This document shows positions 45,943 through 59,455 of a stretch of 64,000 bases of DNA, one piece after another (the stretch's first letter is position 1; each line of letters begins with the position of its first letter). The notes below the pieces were generated by a model that saw only the letters and a program-made list of their open reading frames with translations, did not search any database and was not told where the DNA came from. Origin of the DNA: Eledone cirrhosa (taxonomy: Eukaryota); assembly GCA_964016885.1 (NCBI GenBank), contig OZ024742.1:94488001-94552000 (forward strand), read 5' to 3'. The position numbers and the translations under genes were made by a program.

Positions 45943-47189
45943 TCTATACTATAGATGTAACTTTTTCCAAGTAAAAAAGTGAGGATATTTTTGTCTACTG
46001 AATTTTGTTAAGAGATTAAAGACATTATTTAAATATTCACTTCTTTAAAATTTCAAATGTCAACACTTCCGGTTATATATGATTCCTCACTTTTTCTTAT
46101 GACGTCACACAACATTCCCCTCTTTTTCTTAGTCTCTATGTCTGCATTAGATAACGTTTTTCGAAATATTTACTTCTGCGTTCACAGATTGATTTTTTTA
46201 GTTTCTGAAGATCCCGTTAAGCATGGAAGCAGCGATTCTTTGCTTAAACTTTAATCTGTTTTTTTTTTATATATATATTCGTGTACAGATATTTTTGCAT
46301 ACTCAAAAACAAAAACCTATTTATTTCACGAAAGCACAGACACTTATCGTCATTGTTACTGTTCGAGGTTAGAGGACCACAGTCTTGCCAAGATCTGAGA
46401 ACCATTAATCGCCATCAATGTTCCACTTGCTGTTTGCCTTCCAGATGCATGGTATGTTACACGATGACAGCCATTGGCACCTCATCCTGCAAGAAGCAGC
46501 AACTGCTAAAGTCCCTTCTCAGCTGCAAAAAATGTTGCTATTATGCTGCACAACTGCAATCTCGCCAACCCTCTCGCACTGTGGAACAACCACAGTGAAA
46601 GTCTAGCTGAGGACATCCTCCACCGCACACGCAGACACAATCCAAACGTAACATACGATGTCGTTTTCAATGAGGCGCTCATTTGTCTTGAAAACCGTGT
46701 CCTGGAGATTGGTGGTAGGCTTCTACGTCACTACAGCTTACCTGCTCCTGACAGGATTGTCCAGAGGTGAACGCCTACAGAGCTTCTCCAGGAGACGAGC
46801 TACGAGATCAGTGATTCTCCCATGGTCAACAAAAAATATTGTATACTCTGAGGCTCTAACAATGTAATTTATGTATTTTCTGCTATTTGGAATTTCCATT
46901 ATGGTTGTACAAATTATTGTAATGTTTGTTAAAAAACTTGTTCTCTGTTCAGCCTTTATCGTTGTAACTATCAATTTTCTTCAACGTACTAGCTGCTGAA
47001 CAGGGGAATCCTAAAAACTATTCAAATCCAACATCAGAGCACACTACCCCCCCCCCCCCCCCCTCCCCCCACACACACCCGCTGACTTGAGAGGGCATGC
47101 AGTATCTTTGGACTTGAGTGGAGGGGTGATTCCTGAAAAGATAAAACGCCGTTATACTTAGCCGGGCGGCAGCCGGATGGGCCAGCTAG
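45943..47189 (+). mobile_element. Internally deleted Helitron, copy 1
   Basis: Starts A|TCTATACTA and ends in a GC hairpin plus CTAG. RepHel remnants: LLLFEVRGPQSCQDLRTIN, GMLHDDSHW, NPLALW...LAEDI and KNIVYSEAL. Confidence 0.85.
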
Positions 47190-48336
47190 ATTATAATATA
47201 AAGCTGACGGACGTATGTATGTAACAAACTTTTCGCCAAACAGCTGGACCAAATAGCATCAAATTTGCACCATAGATTTAACTTTTTCCACATATAAAAG
47301 TGAGTGTATTTTTGTCTACTGAATTTTGTTAAAAGTTTAAAGACATTTAAATATTCACTTCTTTAAAATTTCAAATGTGAACACTTCCGGTTATACGACA
47401 TTCCTCACTTTTTCTTAGTCTGTCTTTTTAGATAGATACATAGCTATGACGTCGCGCCCTTATAATATGTCTGGCTGTATGCATTAGATAACGTTTTTCG
47501 AAATATTTACTTCTGCGTTCACAGATTGATATTTTTAGTTTCAGAAGATCCCGTTAAGAGTGAAAGCAGCGATTCTTTGCTTAAACTTTAATCTGTTATT
47601 TTAATATATATATTTGTGTACAGATATTTTTGCATCCACAAAAACAAAAACCTATTTATTACATGAAAGCACGGATACATGCCCGCATTTAAAGTACAGG
47701 TGTACCACACGAATGGAAGTATCCTACCTCTGACCGACGAAGACCACAAGTTTTTGAAAATGTACTTCATTGGAGATGCAGATTCACAAGCGATACGTCC
47801 CCATCGGGCTATCCCTGGAACCAGACTTGAAATCATTCGCCAGTTACACAACATATTAAGCGACTTCAGTTTCCAATAAGACTAAGCTTCACGATTACCA
47901 TCAACAAAGCTCAGGGTCAAACCCTAAAAGTGGCTGGCCTTCATCTGGGAAAACCATGTTTCTCCCATGGTCAATTGTATGTAGGATGCTCTAGGGTGAA
48001 CTCACCAAACAACATCTTCATCTTTGCTCTGGAGGGCCAAACAAAAAATATTGTATACTCTGAGGCTCTAACAATGTAATTTAAATATTTTCTGTTACTT
48101 GGTTGTACAAATTATTGTTTGTTAAAAAATGTGTTCTCTCTTCAGCCTTTATTGTTGTAACTATCAATTTTCTTTAACGGACTGGCTGCTTGACTGGGGA
48201 ATACTAAAAACTATTCAGACCCAACATCGAAGCACGTTAACCCCACCAACCTCGCAGACTTGAAATGGTGTGCGGTATCCTGAAAATATAAAATACTGGT
48301 ATACTTAGCTGAGCGCCAGCCGGATGGGCCTGTTAG
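47190..48336 (+). mobile_element. Internally deleted Helitron, copy 2 (head-to-tail with copy 1)
   Basis: FKVQVYHTNGSILP...KFLKMYFIGD (N-terminal part) is fused to Pif1-helicase motifs TINKAQGQTL...FSHGQLYVGCSRV. It shares its 5' and 3' regions with copy 1. Confidence 0.88.
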
Positions 48337-50229
48337 TGAAACATAAGACACAAGACGTGGTTCAACAACCAATCTAATCTAGGACCTGTTCAACTCATGT
48401 CAACTTAAAAAAAAAAGAACAGATGTAAAATGATGATGATAATGAATTTCCAAGATCTGAATTTAGTAACTATTTTTTAGTAGATATGGACATGCTGGGG
48501 CACTATCTTCAGGGATCTTTCCTTTTTTTAGCTCTTTTGTCGGGAGGGAAAAGGCAGTACCAATGGTTGTTTTAAAGGCATATGAAGCAGAAGAAAGAAA
48601 GGGAATAGAATGTGTCTGCAAACTGGAAATCTAGCTTGAATAATTTCAACAGAGTGGGTGCTGCTAAAGGCACCCAAGGTTTAAGTGGTGTTGTTATACT
48701 TGATGACAAGTAGGAGATAGCAAGATTTTAATTCAGAACAGAAACTGAAAACAAATACCATAGGACATCCTGTCTCATGTTCTAACAATCCTTTTAATCT
48801 ACCAACGTGGTATTTTATTGAATGGTATTTTAATTTATTGAGTACCAAAAGGATGAAAGGCAAAGTTGATCTCAGCAGAATTTGAAGCATGGGGTGGGGG
48901 TGGGGCAGAACAAGTACTATGAAACATTTTGTCCTACGCTTTAATGATTCTGCCATTTTACTCCATATAGCTGTGATACACATGGCACGATTTAAGATCC
49001 AGAAATTGGCTACACACAATTTTTTATCACTATATTGATTTTAGCATACAATGGAAAAAATTGTATATATGGCAAACCAGCATATTATACAGGTTTAAAT
49101 AATCCAAAATAGTTTTTTTTATTTATTAAAAATTCTGTAAAAGCCTTGATGCCCAGTACTTCACAAAACCACATCAGCTAATGTAAGAGAGACAACCTCA
49201 ACCCTATCATTGATTCTTTCCCTGACTTTTCTGAAGAATATCTGATGTTATACCCCCTCCAAATAGTTTTGAGCATCGTTTTTTAATAATGCAGGTTGTT
49301 GGGGCACAACTGACCATATAAGTTTCAACAGCACATTTTATTTATTTATTTATTTGTATTTCAGCCATGAGGCTGAGGCCATGTTGGAGCACCACCACTG
49401 TATATTGATAATTGTTTTTAATATCATGTGATTTGATTTGATGCATTTAACTTTCAAACATGGTTACAGGTGTGTTTTATATTCTTTTATAGTTTGAATC
49501 AAAATTTTGCACTTATTTAGTTGATATTGGTTGAGACATGAATGATATAAAAATATTGTAGGCTTTGGTAGAAAGATATGTTGTGTGTCATTGGTTTATA
49601 TCAACCCCAATACTTGATAGTCATGCATTTATTGAACTCAGAAGGATGAAAGTTAATGACTGCCTGAGTAGGATTTTGAACATGAATGTAAAGGACCTTA
49701 AGCAGATACAACCAAATGTTTTTGCTGGATCTTTATGAATTCGACTATCCTTTATTAATATATTATGAATGCCTTCATTCCTTCGTCATCATCACTTATG
49801 GCGTTGCTGTACCTCCGTTGGTTCAAACAAAAAGTGTTCAATTTATTTGATAAATGGAACAGCCTGCTCATGAAATTTACCTTCAAATGGTTGAGATTTC
49901 TACATACATTTGTAGCTTTGATACACACATGCACACACACACGCACGCACGCACGCTCGCTCGCTCACTCGCACGCACGCACGCTCGCTCGCTCGCTCGC
50001 TCACTCACTCACTCACTCACTCACTCACTCACACATACACACATATATTTATATATATATATATTAATATGTAAAAATAATAAAAGGAATAGGCAGAAAC
50101 TCTACATGATGTACACAATACAAATCTTAGCTACACAAGGGGTGTACTTGAATAGCAGGCAGAATAACAGGAAAGAAAGACTTTGTATGTAATAGATGTA
50201 CAGGTATAATTGATAGTAAGGCAGTCATT

Positions 50230-50620
50230 GATATAAACATATTTCAATCTCAGGAAGTGTCCATAGAAGTGGTTGATGGCTTCTGCTACCAAAGTGATCA
50301 AATCAAGAGTGGAGGAGGGTGCACTGAAAGCATAGTGGGTAGAATAAGGACAGGATTGAAGAAGTTTAGGGAGCTACTCCCTCTGTTGTCAACAAAATAT
50401 TTCTCTCTATGAATTAAAGGTTGGCTATATCATGCCTGTGTTTGAAGTGCAATGTGCATGGCAGTATAACATAGACAGTGAATGTGGAGGATATGTAATG
50501 GCTGGAGAATTGAAGCAAGCAAGATTTGATGGATGTCCTATGCTAATGTTCATGAATGTCAAAGCATCGATAAACTGAGAAAAATTGGGTAGAAGAGGAG
50601 CTTAGGCAGTATGTTGGTTT
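50230..50620 (+). pseudogene. Decayed RTE-type LINE fragment
   Basis: Colinear with 61945-62330 (atagaagtggttgat...gaagtttagggagct). Confidence 0.7.
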
Positions 50621-50954
50621 GTACATGACAAATGCATTCCTCCAATTGAGTCATAGTTTTTGGTTTTGAGCTATAAACTTCTTTGTTTTCCCACCCCTAC
50701 AGGAAGATATCACATGGCATAAAGACATAGATTGTGAGCTGACCATTCATGTGGACCTCAACATCACAGCCAACATCCTGGAAGCTGGACATCAAGCCAT
50801 TCATAGACAATGCATGCACAATGAGGAGGAACCCACCTTGCATGAATATGAGGTCATTGATGTTGCCCCAAGTGGTCACTGTAGGCCAAAAAGCATGATA
50901 AATTTTCAAAAGGAAGTTTCTGTACACTCACTCTGTATATACATACACACCTAC

Positions 50955-51003
<49 letters not shown>

Positions 51004-51246
51004 CATCACACACACACACACATACATACATATTACTGGATGTGATCAAAGCAGTAGACAGTAAAAAGTGTGTAGGAGGTAAATTTTAGATATAGTATTA
51101 CGCTTGAGGAATATATATTCCAGGTAAAATTTCTGTTGTCAAAGACATTAAGTAGAAGATATTTCAATTGATAGACAATGCCAAGAGAGGTAAATGAATA
51201 AACAATTACATCTTTATGTGCTTTGGGGATTTCTAGTGGGTATATG

Positions 51247-51372
<126 letters not shown>

Positions 51373-51384
51373 TATATATAATAT

Positions 51385-51493
<109 letters not shown>

Positions 51494-51527
51494 ATATATA
51501 TATATATAATATATATATATATAATAT

Positions 51528-51565
<38 letters not shown>

Positions 51566-51587
51566 GGAACGAGTAGGACCCATAATA

Positions 51588-51796
51588 AGCTGAGCCCCTT
51601 ATAACCCTGAAAAAAATACCACGGAGGCGGAGGGGGTATTTATATCGAGGCCGTAGTAATCCTTGAAGTGTAGTGACTGCTGGAAAGCTGCCATTACTCA
51701 TAATTCTTGCCTCCTTAACCACCTCTTCTACGGCCTCGATATAAATACCCCCTCCGCCTCCGTGGTATTTTTTTCAGGGTTATAAGGGGCTTAGCT
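51588..51796. repeat. 69-bp inverted repeat (one mismatch) with a 71-bp spacer
   Basis: Arms are 51588-51656 and 51728-51796. Confidence 0.92.
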
Positions 51797-52486
51797 CTGT
51801 TTCTTGACCGTCGTGTCACGTGATTGACTCCCCCTCCGCCTTTCGGGATTCTATCTCACATCTTATAGATGTGCTCTCTGAAGCTAGTAAAATGAGGTAT
51901 CCTCTTGATAAGTCGGCAGACCTCACAAAAACTCTATATCTCTATGATGTAATGTTTTTGATTATGCCACGAAACTACGTAGTCGAGGAATCTAGAAGCA
52001 GTTTAGGTATGATACATCTAATTACTAATTATATCTAAATGTTTCTTCTCTCTTCATAATGTACTTTTAGCTCTGATACTGGTTCAGTCTAATCCATTCG
52101 GATTGGTTTGTCCCAGTTATTCATAGAGCAACATCGGTTAAGGTTGGCACCATTAACTCAAGGATGGATGTGGATATATTCATGTATATGTGTGTGTCTG
52201 CATGTATCTGTGTGTTTCTCAATATATTGTTATATATATATACATATATATACAGTGGCGGAATGCGTCTAAAAATATTGGTTGCCAGATGAAGGGGATC
52301 ATTTAATTTTTATAATGAATAAATAACATTTTCAAAAAGTACATAAGTGGAAACAAAACAGTGCAATCAAATTTTAGTGAAAAAGTATCTTACCTTCTCC
52401 AATAAAAAATATTATGTATTTTGCGAAAACCAGAGGCTTTCAATAATGAACTTTGGTCTTTCACATTCACTTAATATATATATAAT

Positions 52487-52833
52487 GGAGGCACATGGCT
52501 TAGTGGTTAGAGCATTGGCCTTGTAATCGAAAGGTTGTGAGTTCAATTCTCAGACCGGGTGATGTGTTGTTTCCTTGAGCAAAACACTTTATTTCACATT
52601 GCTCCAGTTTATTCAGCTGTAGAAATGAGATGATAGGGACAGGGGTCCCTATCATTCCACTGCAAAGTGGTCGTGTAGGTGCCACGGCAAAAAAAGCACC
52701 CAGCACTCACTGTAAATGAGGTTGGTGTTAGGAAGGGCATACAGCTGTAGAAATCAAGCCAGAATCAGTTCCCGTCCCACCCTTGCAAGCAGGGAAAAAG
52801 CGGACGTAAAATGAAATGTTGATGAAATGATGA
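52487..52833 (+). mobile_element. Full-length tRNA-derived SINE with an RTE-derived 3' tail
   Basis: A-box TGGCTTAGTGG, B-box GAGTTCAATTC, and tail cccgtcccacccttgcaagcagggaaaaagcggacgtaaaatg followed by (TGA)n. Confidence 0.9.
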
Positions 52834-52959
52834 TATATATATATATATATATATATAGATGGGAGTGCGTGTATATGTGTGCATGTACATGCATATATAT
52901 AGATTCATATATATGTTTATATATGTGTTTGGGTGTGTGTATATATATATATATATATA

Positions 52960-53632
52960 AGCAGGCGTGGAATGAATGGCAGGATGGGGGTAGTAGAGAA
53001 CACTATCAGGTTGCTAGGAGAGAAGCTAGACAAGTATACCTTGCAAAGAGGCAAGCAGAGGATAGTAAGTTCAAGCATATTCTACAATGGGAGGACCAAA
53101 GATGTGAGGTATTCAGGATTGCGAGGCAATGTGTCAAGGAGTACAGTGATATTGTTGGGGAGAAGTGTGTCTGTAACGACGATGGTGTACTTGCCCTCAC
53201 TGATAGTGATAAGAAGGTAGCTTGGAAGTGTCACTACAAGAGACTACTGAATGTGGAGAATGAATGGAATAAAGATAGTCTGCCCCACATCGATCCAATT
53301 GAAGGACCAGCTGTGCAAGTGATGGTAGTGTAGTAAGTAAGGCAATCAAAAATATGAAGACAGGCAAGGCAGCTGGGCCTTCGAGGATAGTATCTGAAAT
53401 GATGAAGGTGTCTTGAATGGTGGGACATACTATGGTAGGTGTACACCAGAGCTCCGTTCTTAGCCCCCTATTGTTTATTATTGTCCTACAGGCTATAACA
53501 GAGGGGCTCAAGACTGGCTGCCTATGAGAACTTCTATATGCAGATGATTTAACTCTTATAGCTGAATCATGGCTGAACTGGAGAGGAAGTTCCAAATAGC
53601 GAAGCATGGCCTTGAATCAAAAGGCCTTAGTG
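52960..53632 (+). pseudogene. RTE-type LINE fragment with an internal deletion
   Basis: AWKCHYKRLLNVENEW...GKAAGPS jumps to VGVHQSSVLSPLLFIIVL...LLYADDL. Confidence 0.8.
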
Positions 53633-54441
53633 TCAAGACCCGACTACCATGTGCATACAAACCTACAGTCAGTAGGCACCTCTTAACTCAATGTACACCC
53701 CACCCTTCCTCTCCCGTTCCGTCCACTGTGTCGATGACACAACAGTCCACATTGTAAGGTAGACGTGTAGGAGACACGGTGAAAAGGCTCCCAGTCCACA
53801 CTGTAAATGTAGTTGGTGTTAGGAAGGGCATCAATCTGTAAAAGAACCTGACAGATGTCTTTGACCCATTGATAACAAACATTATTTGGTCAGGAGTTCA
53901 TATATATATATATATATATGCTTGTGTGTGTGCGTCTATATATGTATGTTTGCATGCATGAATGAATACCCTGAGCTTTAGATTTAGTAGAATGTACAAC
54001 CACTGATTCCAGCTACTTGCACTATCATATATTTTGGTTTCTACTGATTCCCAGGGGAATTGGTTGACCAAATGCTTTGCTTAATTGTATTATTGATTTT
54101 TAGTGGGCACTGCAATGCTACTGTGGGTTCCTGCAATGCTACCGTGGGCCCCCTGGGGACCAATTGCCGTTGGGCAGCCTAGTAACCTGGCCAGTCCACC
54201 ACTGTGTATAAATATATATTATTTGCTTGTTAAAATAATCAAATTAAATTAATTCAACAGTTAAAAACACATAGGAATAATGTGGTTGTTACCAAAGAGC
54301 CAGAAGATTGACAAATCGACCCTGCTTCTAGCAAATATTTTACTCCCGAATATCCAGCCTTTACCTCCCTTCTGTAACCATTATACCACATGAACATTCT
54401 CTTTCCCAAGAATTTTTCAATCGTAGCAGTCAGTTAAGGAA

Positions 54442-55330
54442 TTTAATAATAATGAAATTACTGTGTAAAGTGCTCAGGTGCAATACAACTCGTCAAAGGT
54501 TCATGTATAGTACATAGAATAATATGCAAATGTCAGGGAAGTGAATAGTGTATGAGTCATAATATACATGTGTGTATGTGTATGGAGGGGAAATATTAGG
54601 TGTAGTGTTGGGGAATCTCAGGAAGCATGGAGGTTTTAAAGGATGCAGTGTTTCGACAGCTAATAACTGATGCAGGTAGTTTGTTCCATGCTTCAGCAAC
54701 TCTGAACATGAAAAAATGTTTCCGAAAGTCATGGGAACTGTGCTATTTTCTGACACATGGAAATCAAAAAGGTACTCAGGGTTGTTGTTGGCAAGATATT
54801 TTATAATTTTTTTGGGTGTTTACCAAGTCAGTTGCAAGACGTCGGAGCTTCAATGCATCCATGCCCAGGGAAGCAAGGCGTTCAGAGTATGGTAGATGCC
54901 TGATGGAGGGTATTTGCTTGGTTGCTCGTCCCTGAACAGTTTCCTGGCGGTCAATGCTCTGAGCAAGATAGGGGTTCCAGACTGGTGACGCAAATTCTAA
55001 GTGTGGCCAGACCATAGTTATGTACAGCTTTAAATAGATAGCTGGAGAGCGGCTGACAAAGGTCTTGCTGAGTGATGCTAAGACACCCTCAGCCTTCTTG
55101 ACACTTTTACAGACATGCTTCGTCCAACGCAAATCGCTGCTGACCGTAATGCCCAGGTCACGTTCACAAGAAGACTTCTTGATATTAGAGTTGTGGAGGG
55201 AGTATGTGGACACTGGGTTTTTACTCCCAAAATGCATGGTGGTGCACTTGTCCACAGTTAGCTTGAGTTGCCAGTCTGTGATTCATTGTTGCATTGTGTC
55301 CAGGTCAGATTGCAGGCAAGATCTATAGTC
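54442..55330 (-). pseudogene. 5'-truncated CR1-group LINE (RT C-terminus and 3' UTR)
   Basis: DKCTTMHFG...ERDLGITVSSDLRW..H...PHLEFASPVWNPY...VQGRATK...YSERL...LRRL..DL. Confidence 0.85.
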
Positions 55331-55605
55331 TATTTGTCCTTTCATTTGAGGGTCTCAGCCCTTGTGCATGTTGGTTGCCCTCTTGCTGTATAAAAGTCGA
55401 TAAAACTGTACAGTAGGGACATTGAAGAATAAATTAGACATATTTTGTCTTTTTTTTCACAATTATAATTGTTATATTGGTTTGATTAATTGATTGTTTT
55501 TTTTAATTCTTTCAGTCATTGAGCAAAACTGGTAAAGGCAGGAAACAACATATATATAGCAATATATATATATATGTATTATTATTTTTATTGATATTAT
55601 ATATA

Positions 55606-55868
55606 TGTCTTGAGCAAGACACTTTATTTCACATTGCTCCAGTTTACTCAGCTGTAGAAATGAGATGATAGGACTGGGGTCCATATCATTCCACTGCAAA
55701 AGTGGTCGTGGAGGTGCCATAGCAAAAAAGCACCCAGCACTCACTGTAAATGAGGTTGGTGTTAGGAAGGGCATCCAGCTGTAGAAATCAAGCCAAAATC
55801 AGTTTCCGTCCCACCCTTGCAAGCAGGGAAAAAGCAGACGTAAAATTAAATGAAATGATGATGATGAT
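55606..55868 (+). mobile_element. 5'-truncated SINE (same family as 52487-52833)
   Basis: Near-identical body and tail. Confidence 0.88.
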
Positions 55869-58800
55869 ATAATAGTGTGAACCTAATAATACCTAACACC
55901 TTTCGTAACCCCAATAAAATGTAGCATTAGCAAGAAGTGGCACTAATGAGAAGTTAGTGTCTATAGAGGAACCTCACTCATACCTAGAAAGTGTTAAGAA
56001 GAGGAAAATACAGCATCTTATTAACTTAAAGAGGTGATTAATATAATATTTCCGATGTGAGAATGAATGGTGGGAATATATTAATGAAATATTTATTCTG
56101 ACCATCAAAACAAGGAGAAAGCTATACCTACATCATAAGGAATGATGAAATTGGTGTGAGTCATAGATATGTTTTTTCTTATTTTTGTACATTTAATGAA
56201 GACTGATAATACAAGTTTGTGTGAAAGTAATGTTTATCAATAAATTTCTTGAGTCAATGCTCAGATTGTAATATATAGATACATTACTGTGTACTAGTAA
56301 TGGCATTTGAGAAAGGTTTTTACCATTTCTATGTTTCCTCTAATTCTTGTTGAAAGACATGTAAAATAAATATAATATCTTAAATTAATTCATGTCTGAT
56401 TTCCATCCATCTCTTCATTTCATTTACAACACATTAGTTTGTAGCATATTTTATTTTGTTTGAAAATTATCAAAAGATCAATCAGCATGTCTTGTGTCCA
56501 TTTGTTGCTGTCTCATATGCATTGGAGCCAGTTGCATCATTCTTAAAGTACTGAAACAGCATATCTTCAGCAGTTGACTGATGAGTGGAGACTTTCTCTG
56601 TTTTATTCGTTTTTCCGTTGTCTTTACCCACATTTCTTATTCATTTTGTATGCTTTTAGCCCTGCAGGGTTCTTCATTCATATATATATATATTAGTGTA
56701 CATGTGTATTTATCTGTTTCAATCATTTTGGTCTCCTTGGAATAAATAGATAAAAAGGCTATATCGTCTGACATCTTTTGGCAGAAAAAAAGGAAAGAAA
56801 AGATGTCAAAGTAAAATAGCTTGAACAAATAATAGTGACAGAATGACGTCATGGAATGTGGCTTAATTTAATATTAAAATTGTGCCAGTTATAGACTTTA
56901 TTTTGGAGAAAGATTTCCGTTTAAGTTTACCGTTGTGTGTTAGAGATAATGGACAGAATACGAAATTAAGTAATTGAAGAAAAACAAAAGAAAATCCTGT
57001 TAGGGAATACAACAATAAAAAGGCAATGGAAATATTTAGACCTAATATTATAGAATAGCCAGAAAAACAAAGGTAATCTAAATTCTATTAAGAATAGTTA
57101 ATGAAAGGAAATTGAGGTGTCAAATAAAACCAAGTTCCTGTAAAGTAAGAAGTATGCTACATTAGGGTATAAGAAATATCAAATTTATAATATTACATGA
57201 AAAAGTTGTAAAGAAGTCTTATGTTACTGGAGAAAGGTACTATAGTAATAGATTAAAAGGAGAAGCAGAATAATTACCTTAAGAAACAGATCTTTAGAAA
57301 AGTACTGAAGAGGGATTTTACACAAACTATCATAAAGACTCACTCATATTTACACATGCACACACACACACATTGTCAAACACACTAAATCATACACATA
57401 CACGCACACAATCCCTCACACATTTATATGAGATATGAATAGGAAACCACAGACATGTTCATAAACAAGTGTATATATAAAAGGACTTTCTGTTCAGAAG
57501 GTTTGAAAGGAAGAAAGTAACAACAATAGCAACGAAGAACCTGTTGCTCCTAAGGAAAAACTGGGCACAACTCTAGAAACATCAGTGGAAATTCCCCCTC
57601 ATCATTTCAAAGTCTTAACATAGGGGCTTACAGATTCCCTCTTCCTGCAACGAACATTGGTGGCAGTAAGGAAGAGATGTGAAAAAAAATGGAGTGGGTA
57701 GTAGCAGAAATAACAACAGTAAAAAAGAGATAAACCCTTCTGACAGTAGTTGTAACCTATCAACTTGTAAATATGGCTACTATATGGCAGGGACAGATTT
57801 AGGCCTTGGAAGGCCCCTCATACACAAAAACATTATAATATACAACAAACCCCTGATTTTACATGACACAAGTAAATGGAATTGAAAAGTTATAACATAC
57901 AGGTACTAAATTAAAAAAAGATCTAACTGTCCTCATTTTATGTCCACTTTCCACATCAGCATGTGTTGGATGAGTTGTCACAGTCTGAGACAAACATATC
58001 AGAGCAGCCTCATCTTTCTCATACATTACATATTTGGCATGATTCTTATGGCTGGATGCTCTTCCTAACACTTCTCACTTCCCACTGGGTGCATTGTTTT
58101 TGTGATACCAGCAAATACTTTTTATTAGAATATTGTTCAGATAATAACCTGATGTCTATAAAGTTGAGAACATTTATGAACTTTGCCACAGTAGATATGT
58201 CTTGTTAAAATAATAGTTCTCATCGTCAAAGGGATAATATTAAAAAGCTCAGCAGAGGGCACAAATAATTGCCACGGCTTCTGCTAGTGTGGGCCTCTAC
58301 TGTAGAGGGCCTGGGGCAATTTCCCCTTTTCTCCCCCTCCCCCAATAAATCAGGCCTTGCTACATGGTGGCTTGGGAGGACCAGTAGAGCTTTGCAAAAA
58401 AGAAAAAAGAAAAAACCAGAACAGGAATATGCTTTGTGAAAACATTTAAACATTAAAAAGTTGTTTGGTCCTACCCATATGTCTTCATATGTCTTCCTTT
58501 TAGCATTTTATGTTTTATTGTTCATATGATCACTGTCTAAATAAAGAAAACTATATATTATTACTTTTTTTTTCTTTTCCAATCAACCAATTTTTGTAAA
58601 CGCCCATAGTATATGTAACCTGTCTTTCAATGTCTCATGCATCTGGTTAGCAAATTTATTATTATTAGTAATCTGTTTGTTTGTTTAGAAAGCAGTGCAA
58701 TACAAGTGTCTTAGATTGCCAAGGTAATAAGTCAGAAGGGAATTGAGAGAGAAAGAAAAATAAAAGAAAGGAAGAATGATTGAAAGCTACCTTAGCTACT

Positions 58801-59285
58801 TAATATTCCCAAACTTTTTCGGATGTAACCCTCTTGCATTGCACAGCTTTCTAAACAATCAAACAGATTTTTCAGCTTCATATTCCACAAAGCTCCAAGC
58901 AAACTATTACACCTTATTTTATTGTTTGTAGTATTTGTTTTTAATCATCTTATTCTGAAAGTACAGTAAGCCTGCAATTCAAATGTATAACTAGAATATG
59001 AACTTATCCTCCTTCTTTTCATCACCATCTACATCACTATTATCATCAACATCATGATTATGGTTTCTATGACTAGTACAAGCAGCGCCATCATCATCAT
59101 CATCATTATCATCAACATCAGGGCTACCTTTGTTATGACTGGTACTACCACCATCATTGTCATCATTGTCATTATCATCTACATCATGATTATCTTTATG
59201 ACAGTTTTCTTCACCATCCTCGTTGTCATTATTGTTATAGGGAAGTAGATTGGCTATATTGATAAAGCATCAGACAACATTCTTT

Positions 59286-59455
59286 GGGCATATAGTTAAG
59301 TCTCTTTACATTCTGAGTTCAAATCCCACCGTGGTTAACTTTGCCTTTCATCCTTACGGAATTATAAAATAAGTACCAGTAATGCATTGGGGTCGATTTA
59401 ATCGACATTCCCCTCCCCCCAAAATTGCTGGCCTTGTGCCAAAACCATTATTATT
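59286..59455 (+). mobile_element. tRNA-derived SINE (same family as 30691-30805)
   Basis: gagttcaaatccc...actttgcctttcatccttacgg...aagtaccag. Confidence 0.8.

Noticed and set aside
52487-52560. tRNA gene
   Set aside because: A and B boxes are present, but the sequence runs directly into a SINE body found in three copies; it is a SINE head.
56482-56640. Short open frame on the minus strand (GKDNGKTNK...NGHKTC*) as a host terminal exon
   Set aside because: It has an upstream in-frame stop, no good acceptor and no recognisable motif.
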